Below, one piece after another: positions 15,997-24,453 of a DNA stretch of 41,190 bases. Origin of the DNA: an uncultured Bacteroidales bacterium (GTDB taxonomy: Bacteria; Bacteroidota; Bacteroidia; Bacteroidales; Muribaculaceae); the NCBI GenBank assembly GCA_947570265.1, contig CANOUR010000012.1, forward strand, positions 1 to 41,190, read 5' to 3'. The notes below the pieces were generated by a model. That model was not told the DNA's origin and did not search any database. It was given only the letters and a program-made list of their open reading frames with translations. Position numbers and translations under genes: made by a program. The first letter of the stretch is position 1; every line of letters begins with the position of its first letter.

Positions 15997-18087
15997 ATGA
16001 AACTGCGTCACCTTATCATCTTTATATCTGTACTCGCTGTGTCGATGCAGGCAATGTCGACAAATTTAGCTGCGGAACGTGAGTGCCGCTTACGGCTCGC
16101 TGAAACGACAGATCCGATTGACAGCCTCGAGATTCTGACCGATATTTTCGATGCGTCACCACTCTCGCGTCGAGGAGAAGTGGCGAAGGTGCTATATCCT
16201 CTCGCCGAACGTCTTGAGCGTACTGATCTGCAGCTCAACATACTCGCACAGCTGGCGTCCGCGTCATTTACAAATGATTCGGTCATGGCAGCAATAGCGG
16301 ATGCGGCTGGGAATATTCCTGAATCAGATCTCCAGCGTGAGGTGCTGACTTATATTCGTGTAGTGAAACACGTGCGAAAGCAAGGTGTGTATAACGATTC
16401 AGCCGAGCGCGATCAAGATATTGTCGCGCTTACCAGAAAACTCAACAAGCCGATGCCGGATACTCCGCGAGGGGTAAGCGAGAGGATCTCGGATATGTTC
16501 ACGGTTATCGGTTTTCTTCAACGCAACACCCCGGGTGTGCTTCTTGAGGATATTCTTGCAAAACTTGACGTTACAATGCGCAAGCTTCCTATGAAATCTC
16601 AGCTTCTCAGGTTGGCCTATTTCAACCAAAGTGCCGCAGCGTATACATTCATGGGTAAAACGGAAAAGGCGATAAAAGCCGACAGTATTTATCTATCTAT
16701 CCTTGATGAGATGCAGCAGGAGGCGGAGAATAATGGCCGACAATATTGCACATATGATCGCAACCGCTATATCGGATACCGACGTATGTTGTACAATCAT
16801 AGCAGTCTGCCGATCGAAAAAGTGCGTGAGATTCATGGTAAAATCAACGCGCTTATGCTTCGGGAGCCTGATGTGGCAGCCGATGTTGATGAAAATGGCC
16901 GTGCGCTCATACATTATTACGTTGCTGAACAGGATTGGGAGCATGCGGTGCCACTGATCAAAAAATATATTGATGTGCCTGAAAATCAGTGGACGCGACG
17001 TGTGATGCTTAAAAGTCTCATAACCGGAGCAGCGGCCTTGGGCGATCACGCGACGGAGGTGTCCGCAATGAGGGAATATTACCGGACGTTGGAGGATTAC
17101 CTCGCAAGTCGATATGACGAGCGCATAAGGGAGCTGCAAATTGTTTATGGCGTAAATGATCTTAGTGAACGCAATGTGAAACTTGAGCAGGAGCGCAAAG
17201 AGTCGATCGAAAAAAATCAACGGGTATGGATAATCGTGGCTGTCACGGTGATCCCATTGCTGCTGCTGCTTTTGGTGGGTGTGTTGGTGCTTTACCGTCG
17301 GTCGAAGCGTCTGACACAGGATTTGGCTCAGTCTGTGGCGGATTTGCGCAGTGAGCGAGACAATGTGCTCCGCGCGCAGAAAGAGCTTATAGCAGCCAGA
17401 GATCAGGCTCAGGTTGCCAGTCGTCACAAAACCGACTTCATAAATAACATGACTCACGAGATACGCATACCACTCAATGCAATAGCCGATTATTCGCGAC
17501 TGATAGCGGATTGTGCTGACGATGACAAGCGTCCGTATCTCGACCACTATGCAAAACTTATCGATCTGAATAACGAATTGGCGCAGACGATGGTCAACGA
17601 CGTGCTCGATATTTCCGAAATCGACAATTCCCGTCTGAAGATCAACCCACAGCCTGTCAGTGCCAATGAACTCTGTACGATGGCGGTTGAAAGTGTGTGC
17701 CATCATATCACATCGGATGTGACCATGGACTTTGTCAAGCCGGATAGTGATGTGACGATCAACACCGATCCGCGACGGGTGGAGCAGGTGCTCATCAACC
17801 TGTTGAGCAATGCTGTGAAATTTACACGTGAGGGATTCGTGCGTTTGAGCTACTCCGTGGAAGATGGGCGAGTGCTCTTTTCTGTAGCGGATTCTGGCAG
17901 TGGTATACCGGAAGGAAAGGAAGATGTCATTTTCGAGCGTTTCGAGAAACTCGACAACACCACCCAGGGTGCAGGCCTCGGCCTGCCGATAGCCCGCCTC
18001 GTGGCCGGAATGCTCAGAGGCACTGTGACACTCGACCGCAGCTATTCTCCCGGAGCGCGTTTCGTCTTCTCGATCCCGTTGAAATAA
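15997..18087 (+). CDS. Sensor histidine kinase with large N-terminal extracytoplasmic TPR-like helical domain (orphan, no adjacent response regulator)
   Basis: Signal peptide MKLRHLIIFISVLAVSMQA. A helical domain of about 390 aa. One TM (VWIIVAVTVIPLLLLLLVGVLVLY). Coiled coil. HisKA H-box HKTDFINNMTHEIRIPLNAI. HATPase_c (DSGSGIP...GAGLGLPIARLV). Confidence 0.8.
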   Translation: MKLRHLIIFISVLAVSMQAMSTNLAAERECRLRLAETTDPIDSLEILTDIFDASPLSRRGEVAKVLYPLAERLERTDLQLNILAQLASASFTNDSVMAAIADAAGNIPESDLQREVLTYIRVVKHVRKQGVYNDSAERDQDIVALTRKLNKPMPDTPRGVSERISDMFTVIGFLQRNTPGVLLEDILAKLDVTMRKLPMKSQLLRLAYFNQSAAAYTFMGKTEKAIKADSIYLSILDEMQQEAENNGRQYCTYDRNRYIGYRRMLYNHSSLPIEKVREIHGKINALMLREPDVAADVDENGRALIHYYVAEQDWEHAVPLIKKYIDVPENQWTRRVMLKSLITGAAALGDHATEVSAMREYYRTLEDYLASRYDERIRELQIVYGVNDLSERNVKLEQERKESIEKNQRVWIIVAVTVIPLLLLLLVGVLVLYRRSKRLTQDLAQSVADLRSERDNVLRAQKELIAARDQAQVASRHKTDFINNMTHEIRIPLNAIADYSRLIADCADDDKRPYLDHYAKLIDLNNELAQTMVNDVLDISEIDNSRLKINPQPVSANELCTMAVESVCHHITSDVTMDFVKPDSDVTINTDPRRVEQVLINLLSNAVKFTREGFVRLSYSVEDGRVLFSVADSGSGIPEGKEDVIFERFEKLDNTTQGAGLGLPIARLVAGMLRGTVTLDRSYSPGARFVFSIPLK

Positions 18088-18245
18088 AATTGTGAAAGAA
18101 TTGAAATTGTACTGACCGAGTATTGTCACACCGCTGACATATGGGTGACAATGAGGTTGAAATGTTTGCACCGGCATTGCATGTGTGATACTTTTGTCGT
18201 GTCGCAAGGGTGAATATCCCGGCTTCACTTCATAAGGTCAATGCA

Positions 18246-19211
18246 ATGAACAAGATTCTTAAAATACTTATCGTATCCGTAGTGTCTGTTGCTGCGGTAG
18301 TCGGTATATACGCTCATTTTAATGCGCAGTATCCTCATTCAGCCAAGGCTGGTGACGGCTCGGATGCGATCGCTGTATTTCCTTTGAGAAGTCAGGATAC
18401 GATAGTGATGGCCGGGAACGTGATGTTCCGCATCGACACCGGTAGCCCGGTGTCGCTTCTTGCCCCTGAAGATGTCGATAGGCTGCGTGCCAATGGCGCT
18501 GAAATCACCGAAGAGTGGTTTCCGAGTCTTGGTCGTGACGTGTTCGGTGATATGTTTTTTACCGATAAGCGTTACCGTGTGAACATGCCGGTTGTGAGCA
18601 ATGTGCTTGTCCGTGACACGCTTGGTGTCCGATATGTTCCCACCGGACGCAAGGTAAACGTCATTGAGGATATGATATTTCTCCCCGGCAATCCGGGTCA
18701 GGCAAGTGTGATAGGCACTGACGTGCTTGAATGCTTTATTGTGGAATATCGTCACGAAAACAATGCAATTGCCTTTTACAATAGCCGTCCGCAGGGATAC
18801 AAGCGTCTGACCGATCTCCATCGCCCTAAGATCTCTAACCGTATTATCGGATGCGGTGGACAATATTACATCGATGTCACAACAGAGAGTAACACCAAAC
18901 GCTATATACTCGATACCGGCATCGATTACGTCCATATACGTCTCCCGTTATGCGATACCCTTATGGTGAAAGCCCCGCTTCATGCCAAAACATATACTTC
19001 GTCACGCGGAACCGTAAATGCCAAATATATAGAGAATGCGTGGGTGAAGGTTGGCAATCGTGTCGGGTCTCATGAGGCATATTATGCTTCGGATGGTGAA
19101 GAGGATTATGCATTCAATCCGATAACATTTTTCGATCAGGATCTGTTGATCGATTTCAGTGGCCGCGCGCTCTACATACGGCCACACACCGGGTTGGCAT
19201 CACGGCGTTGA
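18246..19211 (+). CDS. Secreted retropepsin-like (clan AA) aspartic protease domain protein
   Basis: Signal peptide MNKILKILIVSVVSVAAVVGIYA. Two D-T-G motifs (RIDTGSPVSLL and ILDTGIDYVHI). The ATG at 18246 is chosen over the ORF-track start at 18210. Confidence 0.6.
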   Translation: MNKILKILIVSVVSVAAVVGIYAHFNAQYPHSAKAGDGSDAIAVFPLRSQDTIVMAGNVMFRIDTGSPVSLLAPEDVDRLRANGAEITEEWFPSLGRDVFGDMFFTDKRYRVNMPVVSNVLVRDTLGVRYVPTGRKVNVIEDMIFLPGNPGQASVIGTDVLECFIVEYRHENNAIAFYNSRPQGYKRLTDLHRPKISNRIIGCGGQYYIDVTTESNTKRYILDTGIDYVHIRLPLCDTLMVKAPLHAKTYTSSRGTVNAKYIENAWVKVGNRVGSHEAYYASDGEEDYAFNPITFFDQDLLIDFSGRALYIRPHTGLASRR

Positions 19212-19610
19212 TTGTCCATGACTCGGGTACGTAACAATCTGAAACGACTGTTCAATAATGCGGTGAGCGAAGTGCTTATGCTCGTCGTTGTCTGTTGCCT
19301 TGTCACAGAGACAGTGTCAGTTCAGTTGAACAATGAGTGGACCACTCTGTCGATTGCGGCCAATGTTGCATGTGGTGCAGTCATGCTTGTATGGCTTGTG
19401 TGGGCTACATATATGCTGTGCAGTGGTCGTGAAATTAAGGAAATGCGACCCGCATCACGGAGGGTGGTGGAATGTTGCAGCGCAGTGCTCTTTGTGTATT
19501 GGTTTGTGGCGGCAGGCTATCCCCGGTTTGCCTGGCCTTGGATGATTGTTGTTGCATGGTTTGTCTGTTCGGCCGCAACAAGTTGGGTCATCAGTCGCAG
19601 GGAACAATGA
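19212..19610 (+). CDS. Hypothetical integral membrane protein (3-4 TM), start adjacent to the protease stop
   Basis: The ORF begins directly after the protease stop codon. Hydrophobic helices (VLMLVVVCCLV; CGAVMLVWLVWATYML; AVLFVYWFVAAG; WMIVVAWFVCSAA). Confidence 0.5.
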   Translation: MSMTRVRNNLKRLFNNAVSEVLMLVVVCCLVTETVSVQLNNEWTTLSIAANVACGAVMLVWLVWATYMLCSGREIKEMRPASRRVVECCSAVLFVYWFVAAGYPRFAWPWMIVVAWFVCSAATSWVISRREQ

Positions 19611-19612
19611 AA

Positions 19613-19660
19613 AACGGACGCCTTTCCTGATCAATTGGATGAGCGTCCGTTTGTTTTTTA
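19613..19660. terminator. Bidirectional intrinsic terminator between convergent genes
   Basis: 9-bp GC-rich stem aacggacgc/gcgtccgtt (19613-19621 / 19643-19651), flanked by an A-tract upstream and tgtttttt downstream. Confidence 0.75.
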
Positions 19661-19671
19661 GCGTTGCTTTA

Positions 19672-20634
19672 TCAAGCGGTCACAAGCAGTTTCTTTCGAA
19701 GGTTGACAAGCATGTCTTTTGTCATAGCGTCGAGGTCATACTGTGGTTTCCAGTCCCATTCCTCGCGTGCGCATGTGTCATCGAGTGAATCAGGCCATGA
19801 GTCGGCAATCTGCTGACGTAGCGGATCGAGCACATATTCCATCTCTAAATCAGGGACATACTCCTTGATTTTGTTGTATATGATCTCTGGGTCGAAGCTC
19901 AAAGAGGCGATGTTGAACGAATTGCGGTGAACCAGACGTGATGGATCGGCCTCCATGATCTCGATTGCAGCGCGCAAGGCATCAGGCATATACATCATGT
20001 CCATGAATGTGCCGGGTTTGAGCGGACACTTGAATTTTTCGCCACGCACGGCCGAATAATAGATGTCGACCGCATAGTCGGTGGTGCCTCCTCCCGGAGG
20101 TGTGGTGTAGGAAATGAGTCCCGGGAACCGCACCGAGCGGGTGTCGACGCCGAAGCGTTTTGTGTAGTAGTCGCTAAGCATTTCGCCGGTGACTTTTGTG
20201 ACTCCATAGATGGTTTCGGGTCGCTGTATGGTGTCCTGCGGTGTTTTTACCCGAGGGGTGGCTTTTCCGAAAGATCCGATTGAGCTTGGGGTGAATACGG
20301 CACAACCACATTCGCGGGCAACCTCGAGTGTGTTGTATAATCCACCGACTCCAATTGCCCAGGCCAGCTGGGGGCGAGCCTCGGCAGTGGCCGACAATAA
20401 TGCGGCGAGATTGTATATGGTGTCGACATTATATTTTTTCACCGCTGCGGCAATATGGTCGGGATTGGTGATGTCAACTATCTCGGCAGGGCCGCTTTCG
20501 AGCAATGCACCTTTGGGTTCAGCACCGGGGATATAACCACATACGACATTGTCGTTTCCGTAGATGTCGCGGAGCTTCATGGTCAGCTCCGATCCGATCT
20601 GGCCTGTGCTTCCGATAACCAAAATATTTTTCAT
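19672..20634 (-). CDS. tdh: L-threonine 3-dehydrogenase (NAD-dependent epimerase/dehydratase family type)
   Basis: Rossmann motif MKNILVIGSTGQIGSEL. Catalytic YxxxK (YGVTKVTGE). 320 aa. Divergent from kbl. Confidence 0.85.
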   Translation of the reverse strand: MKNILVIGSTGQIGSELTMKLRDIYGNDNVVCGYIPGAEPKGALLESGPAEIVDITNPDHIAAAVKKYNVDTIYNLAALLSATAEARPQLAWAIGVGGLYNTLEVARECGCAVFTPSSIGSFGKATPRVKTPQDTIQRPETIYGVTKVTGEMLSDYYTKRFGVDTRSVRFPGLISYTTPPGGGTTDYAVDIYYSAVRGEKFKCPLKPGTFMDMMYMPDALRAAIEIMEADPSRLVHRNSFNIASLSFDPEIIYNKIKEYVPDLEMEYVLDPLRQQIADSWPDSLDDTCAREEWDWKPQYDLDAMTKDMLVNLRKKLLVTA

Positions 20635-20763
20635 CTTTCAGGTATAAGTTTTAAAGATTATGCCGTATCCAATGCTCATTGGTCGTGGCATGTGTTTTGA
20701 AAGTTTTACATCTGCAAAAATAATTTTTTTTTAGAAAAATATCATGTTTCGTGAGCATTTTAT

Positions 20764-20771
20764 TAAATTTG
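20764..20771 (+). promoter_or_regulatory. Candidate -7 box TAAATTTG for kbl
   Basis: Matches the TAnnTTTG consensus about 58 nt upstream of the kbl ATG. A palindrome ccaatgCTcattgg (20671-20684) lies in the same divergent intergenic region. Confidence 0.35.
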
Positions 20772-20829
20772 TGAGACAGAAACCGACCTAAGATTATGGT
20801 TGAAAGTAACCTCTAAATATCATAAAACC

Positions 20830-22023
20830 ATGTACAACAGTTTCAAAAAGCATCTTCAGAAAGAACTCCAGGACATCAAGGACGCCGGACTTTACAAGAA
20901 CGAGCGCGTGATCGTGACTCCTCAGAGCAGCGGCATCGAGGTGGAGGGCGCAAATGGCGAGGTGCTCAATTTCTGTGCCAACAACTATCTTGGCCTGTCG
21001 GACAATTCGCGTTTGATCGAGGCTGCCAAGAAGGCGATGGACAGCAGGGGCTACGGCATGTCGTCCGTACGCTTCATATGCGGCACACAGGATCTCCACA
21101 AGGAACTCGAGCGTGCCATCAGCAACTATTTCAAGACCGAAGACACTATATTATATGCAGCATGCTTCGATGCCAACGGAGGATTGTTTGAACCGCTGTT
21201 TACCGAAGAAGATGCCATAATAAGCGACTCGCTCAATCACGCATCGATCATCGATGGTGTGCGTTTGTGCAAGGCAAAGAGATTGCGCTACAACAATGCC
21301 GACATGGCAGATCTCGAGCGCTGTCTTAAAGAGGCGGCCGGATGCCGCTACCGTATCATTGCCACGGACGGTGTGTTCTCGATGGATGGCAATGTCGCTC
21401 CGATGGACAAGATCTGTGAACTTGCCGAGAAATACGATGCGCTGGTGATGGTCGATGAGAGCCATTCCGCCGGTGTGGTAGGAAAGCGAGGCCGCGGTGT
21501 CGCAGAGCAGTTTGACTGCTATGGTAAAATCGATATTTTCACCGGCACACTTGGCAAGTCGTTCGGAGGCGCTATGGGCGGTTTCACCACAGGCCCCAAA
21601 GAGATAATCGATATGTTGCGCCAACGCTCGCGTCCATACCTGTTCTCAAACTCAGTAGCGCCATCGATTGTGGGTGCAAGCATCGAGATGTTCAAGATGC
21701 TCGAAGAAAGTGACGAATTGCATGACCGTCTCATGGATAATGTGGAATATTTCCGCAGCCGCATGCTCGATGCAGGTTTCGATATCAAGCCAACGCAGAG
21801 TGCGATATGCGCCGTGATGCTTTATGACGCAAAGCTGTCGCAGGATTTTGCCGCGGAAATGCAGAAAGAGGGCATTTATGTTACAGGATTCTACTATCCG
21901 GTAGTGCCTAAGGGACAGGCCAGAATACGTGTGCAGCTGTCAGCCGCACACACTCACGCGCAGCTCGATAAGGCCATCGCCGCTTTTGTAAAAGTCGGCA
22001 AGGCTCTCGGAGTGATAAAGTGA
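20830..22023 (+). CDS. kbl: Glycine C-acetyltransferase (2-amino-3-ketobutyrate CoA ligase)
   Basis: MYNSFKKHLQKELQDIKDAGLYKNERVI...NFCANNYLGLS; PLP-lysine region SMDGNVAPM...TLGKSFG. The ATG at 20830 is chosen over the TTG at 20800. Confidence 0.9.
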   Translation: MYNSFKKHLQKELQDIKDAGLYKNERVIVTPQSSGIEVEGANGEVLNFCANNYLGLSDNSRLIEAAKKAMDSRGYGMSSVRFICGTQDLHKELERAISNYFKTEDTILYAACFDANGGLFEPLFTEEDAIISDSLNHASIIDGVRLCKAKRLRYNNADMADLERCLKEAAGCRYRIIATDGVFSMDGNVAPMDKICELAEKYDALVMVDESHSAGVVGKRGRGVAEQFDCYGKIDIFTGTLGKSFGGAMGGFTTGPKEIIDMLRQRSRPYLFSNSVAPSIVGASIEMFKMLEESDELHDRLMDNVEYFRSRMLDAGFDIKPTQSAICAVMLYDAKLSQDFAAEMQKEGIYVTGFYYPVVPKGQARIRVQLSAAHTHAQLDKAIAAFVKVGKALGVIK

Positions 22024-22046
22024 TAATTCGATTCTGAATGATCTCA

Positions 22047-22160
22047 ACAGCATCCTCTCGGCAGTGACCTCAATGTCTCTGCCGAGAGGATGTCTGATAA
22101 AAAGCCAAGAGGGTATATTATGCGGCGACGCGATATCCTGAGCTTGAGGGTATCGCGTCG
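22047..22160 (+). other. Two consecutive strong hairpins downstream of kbl
   Basis: A 14-bp stem catcctctcggcag/ctgccgagaggatg (22047-22091) and a 12-bp stem gacgcgatatcc/gggtatcgcgtc (22125-22160). No clear U-tract follows either. Probably a transcript 3'-end or processing structure. Confidence 0.4.
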
Positions 22161-22397
22161 GCATGGCTCGCCTGTGGAGGCGACCTTGTGGCTTGTGTTT
22201 ATCGGGGAAAACATGGCTCGTAATGCGCCGATCCCGGATTTGATAGCCATTGATATATCGATTACGATGTGGACTTGCCGCGAACTCACCTCGAAGAGGG
22301 TTCGATGTGGCGTGTCGTGCCATCCGTAGTCTATCGTCAGAAAAAGCATCTCTGATGTATCATTATAACTTGTTTAGTGGCGTTTTGGTTGAGTTTA

Positions 22398-22560
22398 AGA
22401 AACTGTTTAAACTTATTTATCGCAGGATTTGAGAATGATTGTCATTTGGATTTTTAATCATGATGAAGGAGTTTAGGGGTTTCTAAATGACTGAATCATG
22501 ATTCAAAATACATTGACAAGACTCTCAAAGACAAGATAAAATAAATTTTAAACAGTTTCT
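22398..22560. repeat. Perfect 14-bp inverted repeat pair (agaaactgtttaaa / tttaaacagtttct) separated by 135 bp, in an AT-rich intergenic region
   Basis: 22398-22411 is the exact reverse complement of 22547-22560. Extended 16/17 match ttaagaaactgtttaaa / tttaaacagtttctaag. Confidence 0.6.
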
Positions 22561-22660
22561 AAGCCCGCTGTTAACATTTATGAGTTGAATTTAACTTGTG
22601 CGGTTGCGTTGGATAGAGATAAAAAAAGTATATTAGTGCCGTAAAATATCACGACTGTCC

Positions 22661-23269
22661 ATGATTGATTTCGCTTCACTTCTTTTCAAGATAGATATTC
22701 CTCAAGAGTGTGATCCGCAGGTCGGTTCTCTGCTTGTCGCCGAGCCATTTCTCAAAGAGTCGTATTTCAATCACGCGGTGATATGTCTTGTTGATCACAG
22801 TGAGGGACAATCGTCGATGGGAGTTGTCCTCAACCGCATAAGTGGACATGAACTTCAAGATCTTATTGACGGCATCAGTTGTGCCGACCCGGTGACGGTT
22901 TATTGCGGCGGCCCGGTAGCATGCGACCGGCTCTACTTCCTTCACACACTCGGCCCCGACATTATTCCCGACACTCGGGAAGTAAGTCACGGGCTGTGGA
23001 TCGGGGGTGATTTTGAAGCGGTTAAAGATTATATCAATGCAGGCTATCCTGTCGATGGCCATATTCGTTTCTTTATCGGTTACAGTGGGTGGGATGCCGG
23101 CCAACTCGAAGATGAGTTGCGCCAGAGTGTCTGGGCGGTTACGCAGCCCGGATCAGCCGATACACTGCTTACAGGAGCTGAAGATTCGATGTGGCACCGC
23201 TATGTGCGCTCTATGGGAACGCCATATAGTTGCTGGCGTTATCATCCTCAGAATCCACGGGCTAATTGA
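22661..23269 (+). CDS. YqgE/AlgH family protein (UPF0301/DUF179)
   Basis: GSLLVAEPFLKESYFNHAVICLVDHSEGQSSMGVVLNRIS...IGYSGWDAGQLEDEL is the characteristic family pattern. Confidence 0.85.
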   Translation: MIDFASLLFKIDIPQECDPQVGSLLVAEPFLKESYFNHAVICLVDHSEGQSSMGVVLNRISGHELQDLIDGISCADPVTVYCGGPVACDRLYFLHTLGPDIIPDTREVSHGLWIGGDFEAVKDYINAGYPVDGHIRFFIGYSGWDAGQLEDELRQSVWAVTQPGSADTLLTGAEDSMWHRYVRSMGTPYSCWRYHPQNPRAN

Positions 23270-23336
23270 TTTGCACACGCACGTCTGATTCATTATCTTT
23301 GCACCAAGCAAATACATTACCTTAAATCAGACAACC

Positions 23337-24434
23337 ATGTATACCACCGACCGGCGTATTGTCGTCACGCTCGATGCAGGAGGCACTAATTTTGTGTTTG
23401 GCGCTATGCGCGGATGCGAATATATCACTGATCCTGTCACATATCCGTCGAATGCCCATGATCTGTCATTGTGTCTCGACACAATGGTGCGCGGTTTCCG
23501 CGAGATCATGAGCCGCATAGAAGAAAAACCGGCTGCCATTAGTTTCGCGTTTCCGGGTCCGGCAGACTACCGCAACGGCATAATCGGAGGCTATCTGCCG
23601 AACTTTCCGTCGTTTCGCGATGGTGTGGCACTCGGGCCTTATCTCGAGCGCGAATTTGGCGTGCCGGTATTCATCAACAACGATGGCGATCTGTTTGCTT
23701 ACGGTGAGGCTCTCTGCGGAGCTTTGCCTGAGATCAACCGACGTCTTGCCATGAGCGGTTGTGCCAAACAGTTCCGCAATCTTATCGGCTATACGTTTGG
23801 CACTGGTTTTGGTGTGGGCATAGTTGTCGACGGACGTCTTAACCGGGGTGATAATTCATGTGTTGAGACATTTTGTCTGCCTCACAAATCAAAATCGGCA
23901 CTGATGGTGGAGGAAGGTGTGTCTGTCAGAGCCATACAGCGGGTGTATCGCGAGTTGAGCGGAGACATGTCCGAACTTACGCCGAAAGATATATGCGATA
24001 TAGCCGATGGACGACGGTCTGGAGATGCAGATGCTGCCCGACGCTCGTTTGACGAGATGGGTGAGACAGCAGGTCACGCAATGGCTTTGGCAGCTTCGCT
24101 TATCGACGGCATCATAGTGATCGGCGGTGGCATCACAGCTGCACGCCATCTGATGATCGACGGCATCATGCGTTCGCTGCAGGCAACTGTTTGTTCGGCT
24201 GGCGGAGATGTGGTGCGCTGTGTGCAGCCCGAGGTCTTCAATCTTGACGATCCCGCAGAATTCAGCCGTTTCTCGGCAGGCGACCGACGGACGATAATGA
24301 TTCCGGGTACGGACATCCCCGTTGTCTATGACCCGATGAAACGCATTGGCGTCACATTCTCGCGTCTCGGTGCAAGCCGCGCCATCTCGGCAGGCGCATA
24401 TGCATTCGCGTTATCGGAAATCGACAACAAGTAA
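23337..24434 (+). CDS. ROK-family sugar kinase (glucokinase/mannokinase-like)
   Basis: VVTLDAGGTNFVFGAM (ROK ATP-binding motif), FGTGFGVGIVVDGRL, GETAGHA. Sits at the head of the mannoside cluster. Confidence 0.8.
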   Translation: MYTTDRRIVVTLDAGGTNFVFGAMRGCEYITDPVTYPSNAHDLSLCLDTMVRGFREIMSRIEEKPAAISFAFPGPADYRNGIIGGYLPNFPSFRDGVALGPYLEREFGVPVFINNDGDLFAYGEALCGALPEINRRLAMSGCAKQFRNLIGYTFGTGFGVGIVVDGRLNRGDNSCVETFCLPHKSKSALMVEEGVSVRAIQRVYRELSGDMSELTPKDICDIADGRRSGDADAARRSFDEMGETAGHAMALAASLIDGIIVIGGGITAARHLMIDGIMRSLQATVCSAGGDVVRCVQPEVFNLDDPAEFSRFSAGDRRTIMIPGTDIPVVYDPMKRIGVTFSRLGASRAISAGAYAFALSEIDNK

Positions 24435-24453
24435 CGCACAATAAGTTGCTTAA

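Noticed and set aside
16693-18228. 511-aa minus-strand ORF
   Set aside because: Entirely antisense to the well-supported histidine kinase. Its translation is low-complexity His/Arg/Cys-rich with no recognisable domains. Typical shadow ORF in a GC-rich gene.
22090-22329. 79-aa ORF in the kbl-yqgE intergenic region
   Set aside because: Overlaps two strong RNA hairpins. Arg-rich translation with no start context. More likely noncoding.
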